In this document: piece by piece, positions 48,232 through 58,651 of the stretch | Layout of the letters: the number at the start of each line of letters is the position of its first letter | Numbering within the stretch: the stretch's first letter is position 1 | Source: Novosphingobium sp. | Lineage (GTDB): Bacteria; Pseudomonadota; Alphaproteobacteria; Sphingomonadales; Sphingomonadaceae | Length of the DNA: 64,000 nt | Direction: 5' to 3' | Assembly (NCBI GenBank): GCA_041912655.1 | Contig: JAYRMP010000003.1 | Location: 5,711-69,710 of the forward strand | Program-made: the position numbers and the translations under genes | The notes under the pieces: model-generated | Told to the model about the DNA's origin: nothing | Database searches by the model: none | The model's input: only the letters and a program-made list of their open reading frames with translations

Positions 48232-49142
48232 CCACCGCATCGTCCGCTCCGCCGGCCCAGTCGCAGGCGCGCGCCATCGCCGCCTTCGTGCTGGTGGCGC
48301 TGATCTGGGGATCGACCTGGCTGGTGATCAAGGACCAGGTCGGCACCGTCCCGCCGGGCTGGGCGGTGACCTGGCGGTTCCTGATCGCGGCGGCGGGCAT
48401 GTTCACGCTCGCGCTGGTCCGGGGCGAGAAGCTGCTGCTGTCGCGCGAAGGGATGCTGCTGGCGCTGCCGGTAGGGCTGTTCCAGTTTTTCGGCAATTTC
48501 CAGCTGGTCTACCGCGCGGAACAGCACATCACCTCGGGCCTCGTCGCGGTGCTGTTTGCCCTGTTGCTGGTACCCAATGCGGTGCTGGCGCGGATCTTCG
48601 TCGGCGCGAAGGTCAATGGCCGGTTCATTGCCGGATCGGCAGTGGCGCTGGGCGGGATCGCGCTGCTTCTGCTCCACGAATACCGCGCCGCGCCAGCCGG
48701 GGCGGACGAGGTGCTGATCGGCGTCGGCCTGACCGCCGCCGCATTGCTCTGCGCCTCCAGCGCCAATGTGCTTCAGGCAACCGAACTGGCGCGGCGGCAG
48801 AGCGTGGTGGTGCTGATCGCCTGGGCGATGGTCGCCGGGGCCGCCGCCGACGCGGTCTTTGCCTTTGCCACCGCTGGCCCGCCGGTGTTCGACGCCAGTC
48901 CGCGTCACCTTGGCGGGCTGTTATACCTCGCCTTCATCGGTTCGGTGCTCACCTTCCCGCTCTACTTCGCGCTGATCCGCGACTGGGGACCGGGCAAGGC
49001 GGCCTATAACGGGGTGGCGGTGCCGGTGGTCGCGATGACGCTCTCCACCCTGTTCGAAGGCTACCGCTGGACCGCGCTTGCCGCCAGTGGGGCGGCACTG
49101 GCGATGACCGGTCTGCTGATCGCCCTGTCAGGCCGGAAGTAG
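48228..49142 (+). CDS. EamA/DMT family transporter
   Basis: LIWGSTWLVI, RF, about 10 TM helices, YLAFIGSV, G..KAAY, PVVAM.LS. Confidence 0.88.
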   Translation: MTTASSAPPAQSQARAIAAFVLVALIWGSTWLVIKDQVGTVPPGWAVTWRFLIAAAGMFTLALVRGEKLLLSREGMLLALPVGLFQFFGNFQLVYRAEQHITSGLVAVLFALLLVPNAVLARIFVGAKVNGRFIAGSAVALGGIALLLLHEYRAAPAGADEVLIGVGLTAAALLCASSANVLQATELARRQSVVVLIAWAMVAGAAADAVFAFATAGPPVFDASPRHLGGLLYLAFIGSVLTFPLYFALIRDWGPGKAAYNGVAVPVVAMTLSTLFEGYRWTALAASGAALAMTGLLIALSGRK

Positions 49143-49907
49143 CGAGCGCAGCCCTTCGCGGTAGCTCGGTAAGCGCGGCTTCCAGCCCAGCACCCGCTTC
49201 GCCTTGCCGTTCGCTACCCGCCGGTTCTCGGCATAGAAGCCGCGCGCCATCGGCGAGAGCCCGGCCTCGTCCAGCGACTGGAGCGGGGGCGGTTCAAGAC
49301 CGAGCAGGCGGCAGGCCTCTTCGATCACCGCGTTCTGGCTGGCGGGTTCGTCATCTGCGATGTTGTAGGCCCCCGGTGGGGCATCGAAGCCCCGCACCGC
49401 CGCGCTGACGATATCGTCGACATGGACCCGGCTGAACACCTGCGGTTCAAGGTCGATGCGGTGCGCGCGCCCTTCGCGCACCCGGTCGAATGCGGAGCGT
49501 CCCGGCCCGTAGATCCCGGGCAGGCGCAGGACCCGCGCGCCGCGTTCCAGCCATGCCGCGTCAGCCTCGGCGCGCGCCGTGCGGCGGCCCGTGCCAGTGG
49601 GCGCAGTCTCGTCGACCCAGGCTCCGCCTGTGTCCCCGTAGACCCCCATAGAGGACAGGTAGACCACTTTGTGTGCCGTTATGTCCGCGCCATAGGCGGC
49701 CAGCACCGGATCGCCATCGGCCGAGGGCGGGACCGAGCTCAGCACCGCATCCGCATCGGCCAAGGCCATGCGAACATTGGACGAATCGTCGAACGACAAG
49801 GTTCCCGAACGGCCGGTAGAGACAACTTCCCAGCCGCGCGCTTCCATCGCGGCGGCAATCCGCCCCGCGCTGTAACCCAGCCCGAAAATGAAGCAGCGCC
49901 GGCTCAC
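49128..49907 (-). CDS. NAD(P)-dependent epimerase/atypical SDR (YeeZ-like)
   Basis: FGLGYS, YLSS.GVYGD..GAWVDE, RLPGIYGPGRS, FSRVHVDDI, YNIADDEP, ENRRV.N. Confidence 0.85.
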   Translation of the reverse strand: MSRRCFIFGLGYSAGRIAAAMEARGWEVVSTGRSGTLSFDDSSNVRMALADADAVLSSVPPSADGDPVLAAYGADITAHKVVYLSSMGVYGDTGGAWVDETAPTGTGRRTARAEADAAWLERGARVLRLPGIYGPGRSAFDRVREGRAHRIDLEPQVFSRVHVDDIVSAAVRGFDAPPGAYNIADDEPASQNAVIEEACRLLGLEPPPLQSLDEAGLSPMARGFYAENRRVANGKAKRVLGWKPRLPSYREGLRSLLPA

Positions 49908-51205
49908 TCCTTACGCGGCCCGGCCTGCGGCATCGGCGGCGGCACGACCATTTGGGCGCCCGGTACGTGGTCCTTCTTCCACTGCATCGCCATCCGCACC
50001 CGCGTTGCGCCCGAGGGGTGATCGAAGAACAGCGCCTCTTCCACCGGACCGGGCTCGATCTTGCGATATTCGGACAGCTTCATCGCGATCGAGGCAAAGC
50101 CGTCCGGCTCCTTCGCGGCGTTGAGGCCGAAGGCGTCCGCCTCGCTTTCATTCACGCGAATCAGGGTGTTGGTGACCGGCGTGGCGAACAGCCCGAGCAC
50201 CGCCAGAACGATGCTGAGCACCGGCAGCGAGGCCGGATCGGCGAGGTCCCGCACCCCCCAGCGCGCGCCGTAGCGGGCGATAAGGGCAGGGGCCGCGCGC
50301 GAGGCCAGGAACAGCAGCAGGCCCGCCAGCAGCGATAGGGCGGTGATGTTCCGCCAGACATGGCCGAGCACGTAATGGCCCAGTTCATGGCCCATCACCG
50401 CCGCGACTTCCGCCTCGCTCGATCGCTTCAGGAGATTATCGTTCAGGCTGATCCGGATCGTCGGGCCGATGCCCGAAACGTTGGCCGAAATCCGCTTCGA
50501 CTGGCGCGAGGCGTCGAACAGGTAGATGTGCTCCGCCGGCACCTCGTTGGCACGGGCCATGGCGACGATCCGTTCGCGAACCGGACCGGCGGGCAGCTCG
50601 GTATAGGTGTTGAACAGCGGGGAGATGTAGACCGGGGCGATCAGCACGCCCAGCGTGACGAAGGCGCCAGCCACGCCGGTGCCGAGCAGCCACCAGTTGC
50701 GCGGGAAGCGGCGGATCACGGCATAGATCGCAGTGATCAGCAGCGGCGTCAGCAGCAGGCCGATGCCAGCGGAGATCGCCCATTCGCCGAGCCAGCCGGG
50801 GAAGGCCTGGTTGGCCAGCCCATAGTGCTTTTCGCGCAGGAAACCGGTGTAGATGGTCCACGGAAGGGTCACCACCGCGCCAAGCAGCGAATAGAGCAGT
50901 GCGGTGAACCAGACGATGGCCGAGGGACGCTTGAACAGGCGCGCCGCGCGGTCGCGCATCCAGGCTGACAGGCGCAGTCGCAGTACCACCAGATCGACCA
51001 GCACCGAGATCAGCGTGCCCCACAGGCTGATCCAGTAGCCACCCTCGAAATAGGCGTCCGACTTCGCACGGGCCGGCCCTTGCAAGGTGTCCAGCCAGGC
51101 GCGGGTGGCGGTCTCCACATCGAAAGCGGCGGCAGCGTGGGCGATCTGCGGCAATGCCGCCAGACCAAGCGCCAGACCAAGAGCCAAGATACCGCGTCTG
51201 ATCAT
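49904..51205 (-). CDS. M48 family (Ste24-like) membrane metallopeptidase
   Basis: TM helices, AVMGHELGH (HExxH), E..AD, DHPS...R. Confidence 0.9.
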   Translation of the reverse strand: MIRRGILALGLALGLAALPQIAHAAAAFDVETATRAWLDTLQGPARAKSDAYFEGGYWISLWGTLISVLVDLVVLRLRLSAWMRDRAARLFKRPSAIVWFTALLYSLLGAVVTLPWTIYTGFLREKHYGLANQAFPGWLGEWAISAGIGLLLTPLLITAIYAVIRRFPRNWWLLGTGVAGAFVTLGVLIAPVYISPLFNTYTELPAGPVRERIVAMARANEVPAEHIYLFDASRQSKRISANVSGIGPTIRISLNDNLLKRSSEAEVAAVMGHELGHYVLGHVWRNITALSLLAGLLLFLASRAAPALIARYGARWGVRDLADPASLPVLSIVLAVLGLFATPVTNTLIRVNESEADAFGLNAAKEPDGFASIAMKLSEYRKIEPGPVEEALFFDHPSGATRVRMAMQWKKDHVPGAQMVVPPPMPQAGPRKE

Positions 51206-51314
51206 GCCCGTGTCCCCCTGTATTGTCTGGAAAACACGGCTATCGACTGGGCCAGACCAGTCAAGCGCAAGTTACCCCTTGGCCCTTGCCCCTGCTCACC
51301 CCTAGACTGCGCGC

Positions 51315-53927
51315 ATGGATATCCAGGCAACCCCCGAAGCCCCGCCCCCCGTGATCCGCCGCGAGGACTATGCCCCGCCCGAATGGCTGATCCCGCAGGT
51401 CTCGCTCGAATTCGACCTCGGCCTCGAAGCGACACGGGTTGCTGCGCGGCTCGCGGTCAGGCGCAACCCGGACGCCCCCGCCGGCTCCGTCCTGCGGCTG
51501 AAAGGGGATGGGCTGCGTCCGGAAGCAGTACGAGTCGATGACCAGATCGCCAACGCTTGGCGGATGGATGGCGAAGACCTGCTGATCGACCTGCCGGGCG
51601 ACGCGCACGAGGTTGCGGTCGAAACGGCGATCAATCCGGCGGCCAACAGCCAGCTGATGGGACTCTATGCCTCGAACGGAATGCTCTGCACCCAGTGCGA
51701 GGCCGAGGGCTTTCGCCGGATAACCTTCTTCCCCGACCGACCCGATGTTCTCTCGGTCTACTCCGTGCGGATGAGCGGACCCAGGGAGCAGTTCCCGGTG
51801 CTGCTCTCCAACGGCAACTGCACCGCCAGCGGCGAAGGCGCGGAGGGCATCCACTGGGCCGAGTGGCACGATCCCTGGCCTAAGCCGAGCTACCTCTTCG
51901 CCTTGGTGGCAGGCGATCTCGTCGCCAATTCGGACAGTTTCACCACTGCCTCGGGCCGCACGGTCGCGCTCAATATCTGGGTGCGCGATGGGGACCAGGA
52001 CCGCACCCACCACGCCATGCAGGCGCTCAAGGCCTCGATGAAATGGGACGAGGAAGTGTTCGGGCGCGAGTACGACCTTGACCTGTTCAACATCGTGGCC
52101 GTGTCGGACTTCAACATGGGGGCGATGGAGAACAAGGGGCTCAACGTCTTCAACACCCGCTACGTCCTCGCCGATCCCGATACCGCGACCGACATGGACT
52201 ATGACGGGATCGAGGGCGTGGTTGCCCACGAATACTTCCACAACTGGTCGGGCAACCGGGTCACCTGCCGCGACTGGTTCCAGCTGAGCCTCAAGGAAGG
52301 CTTCACCGTGCTGCGCGACCAGTTGTTCAGCGCGGACATGGGGTCCGAAGCGGTCAAGCGGATCGAGGACGTCCGGGTGCTGCGCTCCGCCCAGTTCCCC
52401 GAGGATTCGGGGCCATTGGCTCATCCGATCCGCCCGGACAGCTTCCAGGAGATCTCCAACTTCTACACCGCGACCGTCTACAACAAGGGCGCCGAGGTGA
52501 TCCGGATGATGCGCACGCTGGCCGGGCCGGAGCGGTTCCGCCGGGGCACCGACCTCTATTTCGACCGCCACGATGGCGAGGCGGCGACCTGCGAGGATTT
52601 CATCCGGGCGATCGAGGAAGGCGCGGGGCTCGACCTTGGCCAGTTCCGCCTGTGGTACAGCCAGGCGGGCACCCCGCAGGTCACCGCGCGGCTCGATCAC
52701 AGCGGCGATACGGCGACCCTGACCCTGTCGCAAACGGTTCCGCCCACCCCCGGCCAGCCGGTCAAGCAGCTGATGGTGATTCCGCTGCGCCTTGCCCTGT
52801 TCGATCGGGAAACCGGGAAACATCATGGTGAACAACTGGTTACGTTGAGCGAACCTCAAGCCGAGTTGAGGTTCGCCGGATTCGCCAGCAGACCCGTGCT
52901 GTCGCTCAACCGCGGCTTCTCCGCGCCGGTGGCGATCGATGCGGGGCTGTCGCAGGCCGATCTGGTGTTCCTTGCCGCCCACGACGACGATCCCTTCGCC
53001 CGTTACGAGGCGCTCCAGCAGCTGGTCGTCCAGCATCTCGTTGCCGCGATCGGCGGCGGAATGCTGTGCGAAGCCGAGCGCGACACCGGACGCGAGGCGA
53101 TCGGCCGGGCGCTGGCGGCGGTGATCGCCGATCCGGCGCTCGACGATCTGATGCGCGGCGAATTGCTGGTCCTGCCGTCCGAGGCTTATTTGGCCGAACA
53201 GTTCGCCGCCGCCGACCCCGGCGCCATCCGGGCCGAGCGGGAAGGCCTCAAGGCCTGGCTGGGCAAGGAACTGCGTGAGCATCTCGCCGCGCTGCACCAG
53301 CGCGCGAGCATGGTGCCCTACAGCCTGTCCGCCGAGGCGCGCGGCAGCCGCAAGCTCAAGGCCCAGGCGCTGGTCTATCTCGCGGCAGGCGCGCCACAGC
53401 TGGCGGCGACCATGGCCGCCGCACAGTTCGATGCGGCTGACAACATGACCGACCGGCAGAGCGCGCTGATGGTGTTGGCCGGGCTCGACACGCCCGCACG
53501 GGAAGAGCGCCTCGCAGCCTTCCATGCGCGCTTCGCGGATAACCCACTGGTGATCGACAAGTGGTTCTCGCTGCAGGCAGGGTCGCTCCACCCGCGCGTG
53601 CTCGATCATGTCGCCGCGCTTGCCGCCCATCCGGACTTCACGCTCCACAATCCCAACCGGGTGCGCGCGCTCTACATGGCGATGGCGATGAACCCGGGGG
53701 CGTTCCACGACGCGAGCGGGGCTGGCTACCGGACGATCGCCGACCTGATCCTCGCGCTCGATCCGCTCAACGCGCAGACCGCGGCACGGTTCGTCGCCCC
53801 GCTGGGCCGGTGGCGGCGGATCGAACCGGCGCGCGCTGGGCTGATGAGCGCCGAGCTGGAGCGGATCGCGGCGGCGCCGAAGCTGTCGCGCGATACCTTC
53901 GAGCAGGTGAGCAAGAGCCTTGGTTGA
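51315..53927 (+). CDS. pepN: Aminopeptidase N
   Basis: TQCEAEGFRRIT, GAMENKGLN, HEYFHNW.GNRVTCRDWFQLSLKEG, NFYT.TVY.KG, DKWF, NPNRVR. Confidence 0.97.
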   Translation: MDIQATPEAPPPVIRREDYAPPEWLIPQVSLEFDLGLEATRVAARLAVRRNPDAPAGSVLRLKGDGLRPEAVRVDDQIANAWRMDGEDLLIDLPGDAHEVAVETAINPAANSQLMGLYASNGMLCTQCEAEGFRRITFFPDRPDVLSVYSVRMSGPREQFPVLLSNGNCTASGEGAEGIHWAEWHDPWPKPSYLFALVAGDLVANSDSFTTASGRTVALNIWVRDGDQDRTHHAMQALKASMKWDEEVFGREYDLDLFNIVAVSDFNMGAMENKGLNVFNTRYVLADPDTATDMDYDGIEGVVAHEYFHNWSGNRVTCRDWFQLSLKEGFTVLRDQLFSADMGSEAVKRIEDVRVLRSAQFPEDSGPLAHPIRPDSFQEISNFYTATVYNKGAEVIRMMRTLAGPERFRRGTDLYFDRHDGEAATCEDFIRAIEEGAGLDLGQFRLWYSQAGTPQVTARLDHSGDTATLTLSQTVPPTPGQPVKQLMVIPLRLALFDRETGKHHGEQLVTLSEPQAELRFAGFASRPVLSLNRGFSAPVAIDAGLSQADLVFLAAHDDDPFARYEALQQLVVQHLVAAIGGGMLCEAERDTGREAIGRALAAVIADPALDDLMRGELLVLPSEAYLAEQFAAADPGAIRAEREGLKAWLGKELREHLAALHQRASMVPYSLSAEARGSRKLKAQALVYLAAGAPQLAATMAAAQFDAADNMTDRQSALMVLAGLDTPAREERLAAFHARFADNPLVIDKWFSLQAGSLHPRVLDHVAALAAHPDFTLHNPNRVRALYMAMAMNPGAFHDASGAGYRTIADLILALDPLNAQTAARFVAPLGRWRRIEPARAGLMSAELERIAAAPKLSRDTFEQVSKSLG

Positions 53928-54678
53928 GGTCTTCCGCTCCGGCCTGTTGACCGCTGTCCCGCACGGGTTCCTTGGCCGCCGGGGCGGGGTCTCGGTGGGC
54001 GCGGTCGCCGGGCTCAACGCCGGGCTGGGCAGCGGCGATGCCGATGCGGCGGTGGCGCAGAACCGGGCCCTGGCGGTCGCGGCGGTGCGGCCCGGTGCGC
54101 AGCTGGTCAGCGTCTACCAGATCCATTCGCCCGACTGCGTGACCGTGACGCAGCCGTGGAGCGACGCCGAACGACCCCGCGCAGATGCGCTGGTGACCGA
54201 TCGCCCCGGACTGGTGCTGGGCATCGTCACTGCCGATTGCGCGCCCGTCCTGCTGGCCGATCCCGCTGCAGGGGTGGTCGGCGCCGCCCATGCGGGGTGG
54301 AAGGGGGCGGTAGCCGGGGTGACCGACGCCACCCTCAATGCAATGGAGGCGCTGGGCGCGCGGCGCGAGCGGATCGTCGGCGCGATCGGCCCGTGCATCG
54401 CCCAGGCCAGCTACGAGGTCGACGGCGGCTTCCTCGATCGCTTTGTCGCCGAGGACGAGGCCAACCGGCGCTTCTTTGCGCCCGGCAAGCCCGGGCACTG
54501 GCAGTTCGACCTGGAAGCCTATGTCGCGCAGCGCCTGGTCCGGGCGGGAATCGGCGGGGTAGAGCGGCTCGGGCTCGATACCTATGCCGACCCGGAGCGG
54601 TTCTACTCGTTCCGCCGCGCGACCCATCTTGGCGAGCCCGACTATGGCCGCCAGATCGCCCTGATCGCGGCTGGTTGA
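53920..54678 (+). CDS. pgeF: Peptidoglycan editing factor PgeF (YfiH)
   Basis: HGFLGRRGGVS, QIHS, ADALVT, TADCAPVL, AHAGWKG, GPCI...YEV, FYSFRR, GRQ. Confidence 0.92.
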   Translation: MVEVFRSGLLTAVPHGFLGRRGGVSVGAVAGLNAGLGSGDADAAVAQNRALAVAAVRPGAQLVSVYQIHSPDCVTVTQPWSDAERPRADALVTDRPGLVLGIVTADCAPVLLADPAAGVVGAAHAGWKGAVAGVTDATLNAMEALGARRERIVGAIGPCIAQASYEVDGGFLDRFVAEDEANRRFFAPGKPGHWQFDLEAYVAQRLVRAGIGGVERLGLDTYADPERFYSFRRATHLGEPDYGRQIALIAAG

Positions 54679-54891
54679 GCCGCTTTTGCGCGGCGCGGCA
54701 AAACGTGCAAATTGGCAGTTGGCAGCGCGGCCCTTCGCGTCTATCAGGCGCGCCAAACCGTCGGGCGTGGTGGGGCTTCGCCTGCTGCCGGGCGGTTGGT
54801 GAAGGGGCTTCCTGACACAGGAAACAGGATGGTTTTCCGGTCGCACCAGCGGCATCCACGGAAGGCCAGTTGAGACAGGATTGGTTCGACC

Positions 54892-55458
54892 ATGGCACAT
54901 GATGCTGGCACCGACACTCCGGCCGCTACCGGCGGCGAGGGTGTGCGGCGGCGCGATTTCATCAACATCGCCGCGGTGAGCGCGGCGGGCGTCGGCGGCC
55001 TCGCCGTCGTCTATCCGCTGGTCAGCCAGATGTCGGCCTCTGCCGACGTGCTGGCCGAAAGCTCGACCGAGGTCGATCTCTCGCAGGTCGAAGCCGGCCA
55101 GGCGATCAAGGCGATCTTCCGCAAGCAGCCCTTGTTCATCCGCAACCTGACCCCGGCCGAAATCGCCGAGGCCAACAAGGTCGATGTCGCCAGCCTGCGC
55201 GATCCGCAGAGCCTGGCCGACCGCACCAAGCCGGGTCATGAGAACTGGCTGATCACCATGGGCGTCTGCACCCACCTCGGCTGCGTGCCGCTGGGCGCCG
55301 CCGAAGGCGAAGTGCGCGGTGAGTTCGGCGGCTATTTCTGCCCCTGCCACGGTTCGCACTACGATACGGCCGCGCGCATCCGCAAAGGCCCCGCTCCGAA
55401 GAACCTGGTGGTTCCGGAGTACGAATTCACCTCCGACACTGTCGTGAAGATCGGCTGA
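54892..55458 (+). CDS. petA: Ubiquinol-cytochrome c reductase Rieske subunit
   Basis: Tat RRDF, CTHLGC, CPCHGSHYD, GPAP.NL. Confidence 0.97.
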   Translation: MAHDAGTDTPAATGGEGVRRRDFINIAAVSAAGVGGLAVVYPLVSQMSASADVLAESSTEVDLSQVEAGQAIKAIFRKQPLFIRNLTPAEIAEANKVDVASLRDPQSLADRTKPGHENWLITMGVCTHLGCVPLGAAEGEVRGEFGGYFCPCHGSHYDTAARIRKGPAPKNLVVPEYEFTSDTVVKIG

Positions 55459-55469
55459 GGTAGACCATC

Positions 55470-56750
55470 ATGAGCTTTCCCTGGTCCAAGGAATATACGC
55501 CCAGCCACCCGCTGATGGTGTGGCTTGACGAAAAGCTGCCGCTTCCGCGGCTGGTCTACAACGCGGTCGGCGGCGGCTATGAAGTGCCCCGCAACCTCAA
55601 CTACATGTGGAACTTCGGGTTCCTCGCGGGCCTGTGCCTGGTGATCCAGATCGTCACCGGCGTGGTACTGGCGATGCACTACGGCGGCGACACCAAGGTG
55701 GCCTTCGATTCGACCGAGCACATAATGCGCGACGTCAACTGGGGCTGGATGCTGCGCTATGGCCACGCCAACGGCGCCTCGGCGTTCTTCGTGGTGGTCT
55801 ATGCCCACATCTTCCGCGGCTTCTACTACGGTTCGTACAAGGCCCCGCGCGAGATGATCTGGCTGCTGGGTGTCGTGATCTTCCTGCTGATGATGGCCAC
55901 CGCCTTCATGGGCTACGTCCTGCCGTGGGGCCAGATGAGCTTCTGGGGCGCCCAGGTGATCACCGGCCTGTTCAGCGCGATCCCGCTGGTCGGCGAACCG
56001 CTGCGCGAATGGCTGCTGGGCGGTTTCTCGCCCGACAACGCCACGCTCAACCGCTTCTTCTCGCTGCACTTCCTGCTGCCTTTCGTGATCCTGGGCGTGG
56101 TGATCCTCCACGTCTGGTCGCTGCACATCCCGGGTTCGTCGAACCCGACCGGCGTCGAAGTGAAGAGCGAAAGCGATACCGTGCCGTTCTTCCCCTATTT
56201 CGTGGGCAAGGATGGCTGGACGATCGGCCTGTTCATGCTGATCTACAGCGCCTTCGTGTTCTTCATGCCGAACGCGTTGGGCCATCCGGACAACTACATC
56301 CCGGCGAACCCGATGCAGACCCCGGCGCACATCGTGCCCGAATGGTACTTCTGGCCGTTCTACGCGATCCTGCGCGCCTTCACGGTCGACTTCCTGATCG
56401 TTCCAGCCAAGCTGATGGGCGTCCTCGCGATGTTCTCGGCGATCCTGGTGTGGTTCTTCCTCCCCTGGCTCGACCGCTCGCCGGTCCGCTCGGGCAACTA
56501 TCGCCCGCTCTACCGGAAGTTCTTCTGGGTGCTGGTGGTCGACGTGGCCGTGCTCGCCTATTGCGGCGGCGCCCCGGCCGAGGAACCGTTCGTGATGATC
56601 AGCCAGATCGCCTCGCTGTACTACTTCCTGCACTTCTTCGTGATCGTGCCGGTGGTGTCCTCGATCGAGCGGCCCGATCCGCTGCCCTACTCGATCACCG
56701 AAGCCGTGCTTGGCACCGACGAGTCGGCCAAGCTGGGCGGCAACGGCTGA
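55470..56750 (+). CDS. petB: Cytochrome b
   Basis: [40 protein letters not shown]. Confidence 0.97.
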   Translation: MSFPWSKEYTPSHPLMVWLDEKLPLPRLVYNAVGGGYEVPRNLNYMWNFGFLAGLCLVIQIVTGVVLAMHYGGDTKVAFDSTEHIMRDVNWGWMLRYGHANGASAFFVVVYAHIFRGFYYGSYKAPREMIWLLGVVIFLLMMATAFMGYVLPWGQMSFWGAQVITGLFSAIPLVGEPLREWLLGGFSPDNATLNRFFSLHFLLPFVILGVVILHVWSLHIPGSSNPTGVEVKSESDTVPFFPYFVGKDGWTIGLFMLIYSAFVFFMPNALGHPDNYIPANPMQTPAHIVPEWYFWPFYAILRAFTVDFLIVPAKLMGVLAMFSAILVWFFLPWLDRSPVRSGNYRPLYRKFFWVLVVDVAVLAYCGGAPAEEPFVMISQIASLYYFLHFFVIVPVVSSIERPDPLPYSITEAVLGTDESAKLGGNG

Positions 56751-56776
56751 CCCCGGGCTGAAGGAAAGAGCAAACC

Positions 56777-57604
56777 ATGATCCGCATCTTCTCCATCCTG
56801 ATCGGCGCGTTCTTCTCGCTCGCGCTGCTGCTGGCCTTCGGAACGGGCGCCTACAGCTACATCACCGAGCCGCCGCACAAGACGGCCGAGGCCCGCTTCC
56901 ACCTGGTGGCGGAAAACCTCGCGCTGCCCAGCAATGGCTGGTTCGGCAAGTACGACAAGGCCCAGCTGCAGCGCGGCTTCAAGGTCTATTCGGAAGTCTG
57001 CGCCGCGTGCCACTCGATCAAGCACGTCGCGTTCCGCGATCTTTCGGCGCTGGGCTATAACGAAACCCAGGTGAAGAACATCGCCGCGAAGTTCACGGTG
57101 ACGGCCAAGGATCCGCTGACCGGCGAAGTCAAGGATCGTCCGGGCGTACCGGCTGACCGCTTCCCGCTGGTGACCTATGCCGGCAAGGGCGTACCGCCCG
57201 ATCTTTCGCTGATCACCAAGGCGCGTCATGGCGGCCCGGCCTATGTGCACGCGCTGCTGACCGGCTATGCCGATCCGACGACCTACAAGAACGCCGCCGG
57301 TGAAGCTCTGCCGAAGGAAAACCAGCCGGGTGAGGGTCTCTATTTCAACCCCTACTTCGCCAACCTCAACCTCTCGATGCCGGCGCCGCTGACCAGCGAA
57401 GGTCAGGTGACCTTCGACGATGGCACCAAGGCGACTGTCGACCAGATGGCCAAGGACGTCTCCGCGTTCCTCGTCTGGACCGCCCAGCCGGAGCTTGAGA
57501 AGCGCCATCAGACCGGCGTGTGGTGGATGGGCTTCCTGCTGTTCGCCACGGTGCTGGCCTACATGTCCTACCGCAACATCTGGGCCGACAAGAAGGGCCA
57601 CTGA
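56777..57604 (+). CDS. petC: Cytochrome c1
   Basis: QRGFKVY.EVCAACH, PPDLSL, NPYF, MP.PL, C-terminal TM anchor. Confidence 0.96.
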   Translation: MIRIFSILIGAFFSLALLLAFGTGAYSYITEPPHKTAEARFHLVAENLALPSNGWFGKYDKAQLQRGFKVYSEVCAACHSIKHVAFRDLSALGYNETQVKNIAAKFTVTAKDPLTGEVKDRPGVPADRFPLVTYAGKGVPPDLSLITKARHGGPAYVHALLTGYADPTTYKNAAGEALPKENQPGEGLYFNPYFANLNLSMPAPLTSEGQVTFDDGTKATVDQMAKDVSAFLVWTAQPELEKRHQTGVWWMGFLLFATVLAYMSYRNIWADKKGH

Positions 57605-57629
57605 GCCCTTCCGATCTCCCGATGAGGCC

Positions 57630-57674
57630 AATGAAAAGGCCTCCGGTGCAGCAGTGCCGGGGGCCTTTTCCATT
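57630..57674 (+). terminator. Intrinsic terminator of petABC
   Basis: AAAAGGCCTCCGGT...GCCGGGGGCCTTTT hairpin followed by a T-tract. Confidence 0.78.
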
Positions 57675-57810
57675 CGAGATTGAAGCGGCGCTTCGGCTAC
57701 TGCCCCAGGCCCCCTGAACTTCGCGGGAAGGCGCAGTCAGCGCCTGACGGCAGTCTTTTCCTTATTTCCTCGGTTCGCGCATCGGCGCTAAGCCGGTTTT
57801 TCAGGGCCCA

Positions 57811-57851
57811 AAACGAAAGGGGCGGGCCTGCCCCCCCGGCAGTCCCGCCCC
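57811..57851 (-). terminator. Intrinsic terminator of the CsgG/HfaB-family gene
   Basis: Minus strand GGGGCGGGACTGCC...GGCAGGCCCGCCCC followed by TTTCGTTT. Confidence 0.65.
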
Positions 57852-57874
57852 GATCCCCCCGTCGGGATCTTGTG

Positions 57875-58651
57875 CTACTTGGCTTCGGGCGCTGCCTCCG
57901 CCGCGTTGTCGGGCAGGCCACCCAGCTCGGTGACCATCTTCGTATAGGCATCGAGATAGGCGAGCACGATGATCTGGCCGATCGCGGTGTCCTGATATCC
58001 GCCAGCACCGGCTGCCGCGAAGGTGCCGCCGCTGAACAGACCGCCGCCCGCGCCCCAACCGAGGTCGGACTTGCGGTAATAGCCTTCGACCAGCGCCTTC
58101 TCCTCGGTGGTGCGCGCATCGACGACCGAAAGCGTGACGTTGGCTTCACCCTTCTTGATGTTGATGCCGCCAAGGATCGCCCCGGCGCCGCGCCCGAACA
58201 GGCCGCCGCCGATCCCGCCGAGCATGCCGCCAAGCGCATTGCCGCCCGAATTGCGGTTGGCGCTGACGATGTTCGGCTCAAGGAAATAGTCCGCTGCCTT
58301 GACCTGACCGCGGCCCAGGTTCGAACCGTCCTGCAGTTCCCCCTGGTCAGCCAGCGCGCGTTCCATCGCCCGGCTCTGCATCGCGCGGCCGCGATTCACG
58401 AGGCTGAAGCAGCCCGATTGCTGGACGAAGATCTTGAGGATCGCTTCGGGGCTGCCGAGGTTGTATTCGCGCCACCACTGGTTGTCCGGCTCGACAATCG
58501 CGACGGTGCCAAGGTTGCGGCTGCAACGCGGGATTTCGCGCGTGCCCTTGGTCTGGGCCTGACGACCGGAGGAACCCTTGTCGCCCGCCAGCGCAGGAGC
58601 GGTCGTGAGAGTCATGGCCAGCACCAGCGCACCGGCAAAAATCTTGCGCAT
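57875..58651 (-). CDS. CsgG/HfaB family secreted protein
   Basis: Signal peptide; IPRC...LGT.AIVEP, QQSGCF.LVNRG, ERALA..GEL...SN.G.GQ.KAADY, Gly-rich segment, VDARTTE. Confidence 0.78.
   Translation of the reverse strand: MRKIFAGALVLAMTLTTAPALAGDKGSSGRQAQTKGTREIPRCSRNLGTVAIVEPDNQWWREYNLGSPEAILKIFVQQSGCFSLVNRGRAMQSRAMERALADQGELQDGSNLGRGQVKAADYFLEPNIVSANRNSGGNALGGMLGGIGGGLFGRGAGAILGGINIKKGEANVTLSVVDARTTEEKALVEGYYRKSDLGWGAGGGLFSGGTFAAAGAGGYQDTAIGQIIVLAYLDAYTKMVTELGGLPDNAAEAAPEAK

Noticed and set aside
51261-54017. 918-aa minus-strand ORF, and similar long antisense ORFs (26195-28219, 18605-19912, 29052-30509, 55359-56633)
   Set aside because: Each mirrors a well-supported gene on the other strand and has no motifs; such shadow ORFs are expected in high-GC DNA
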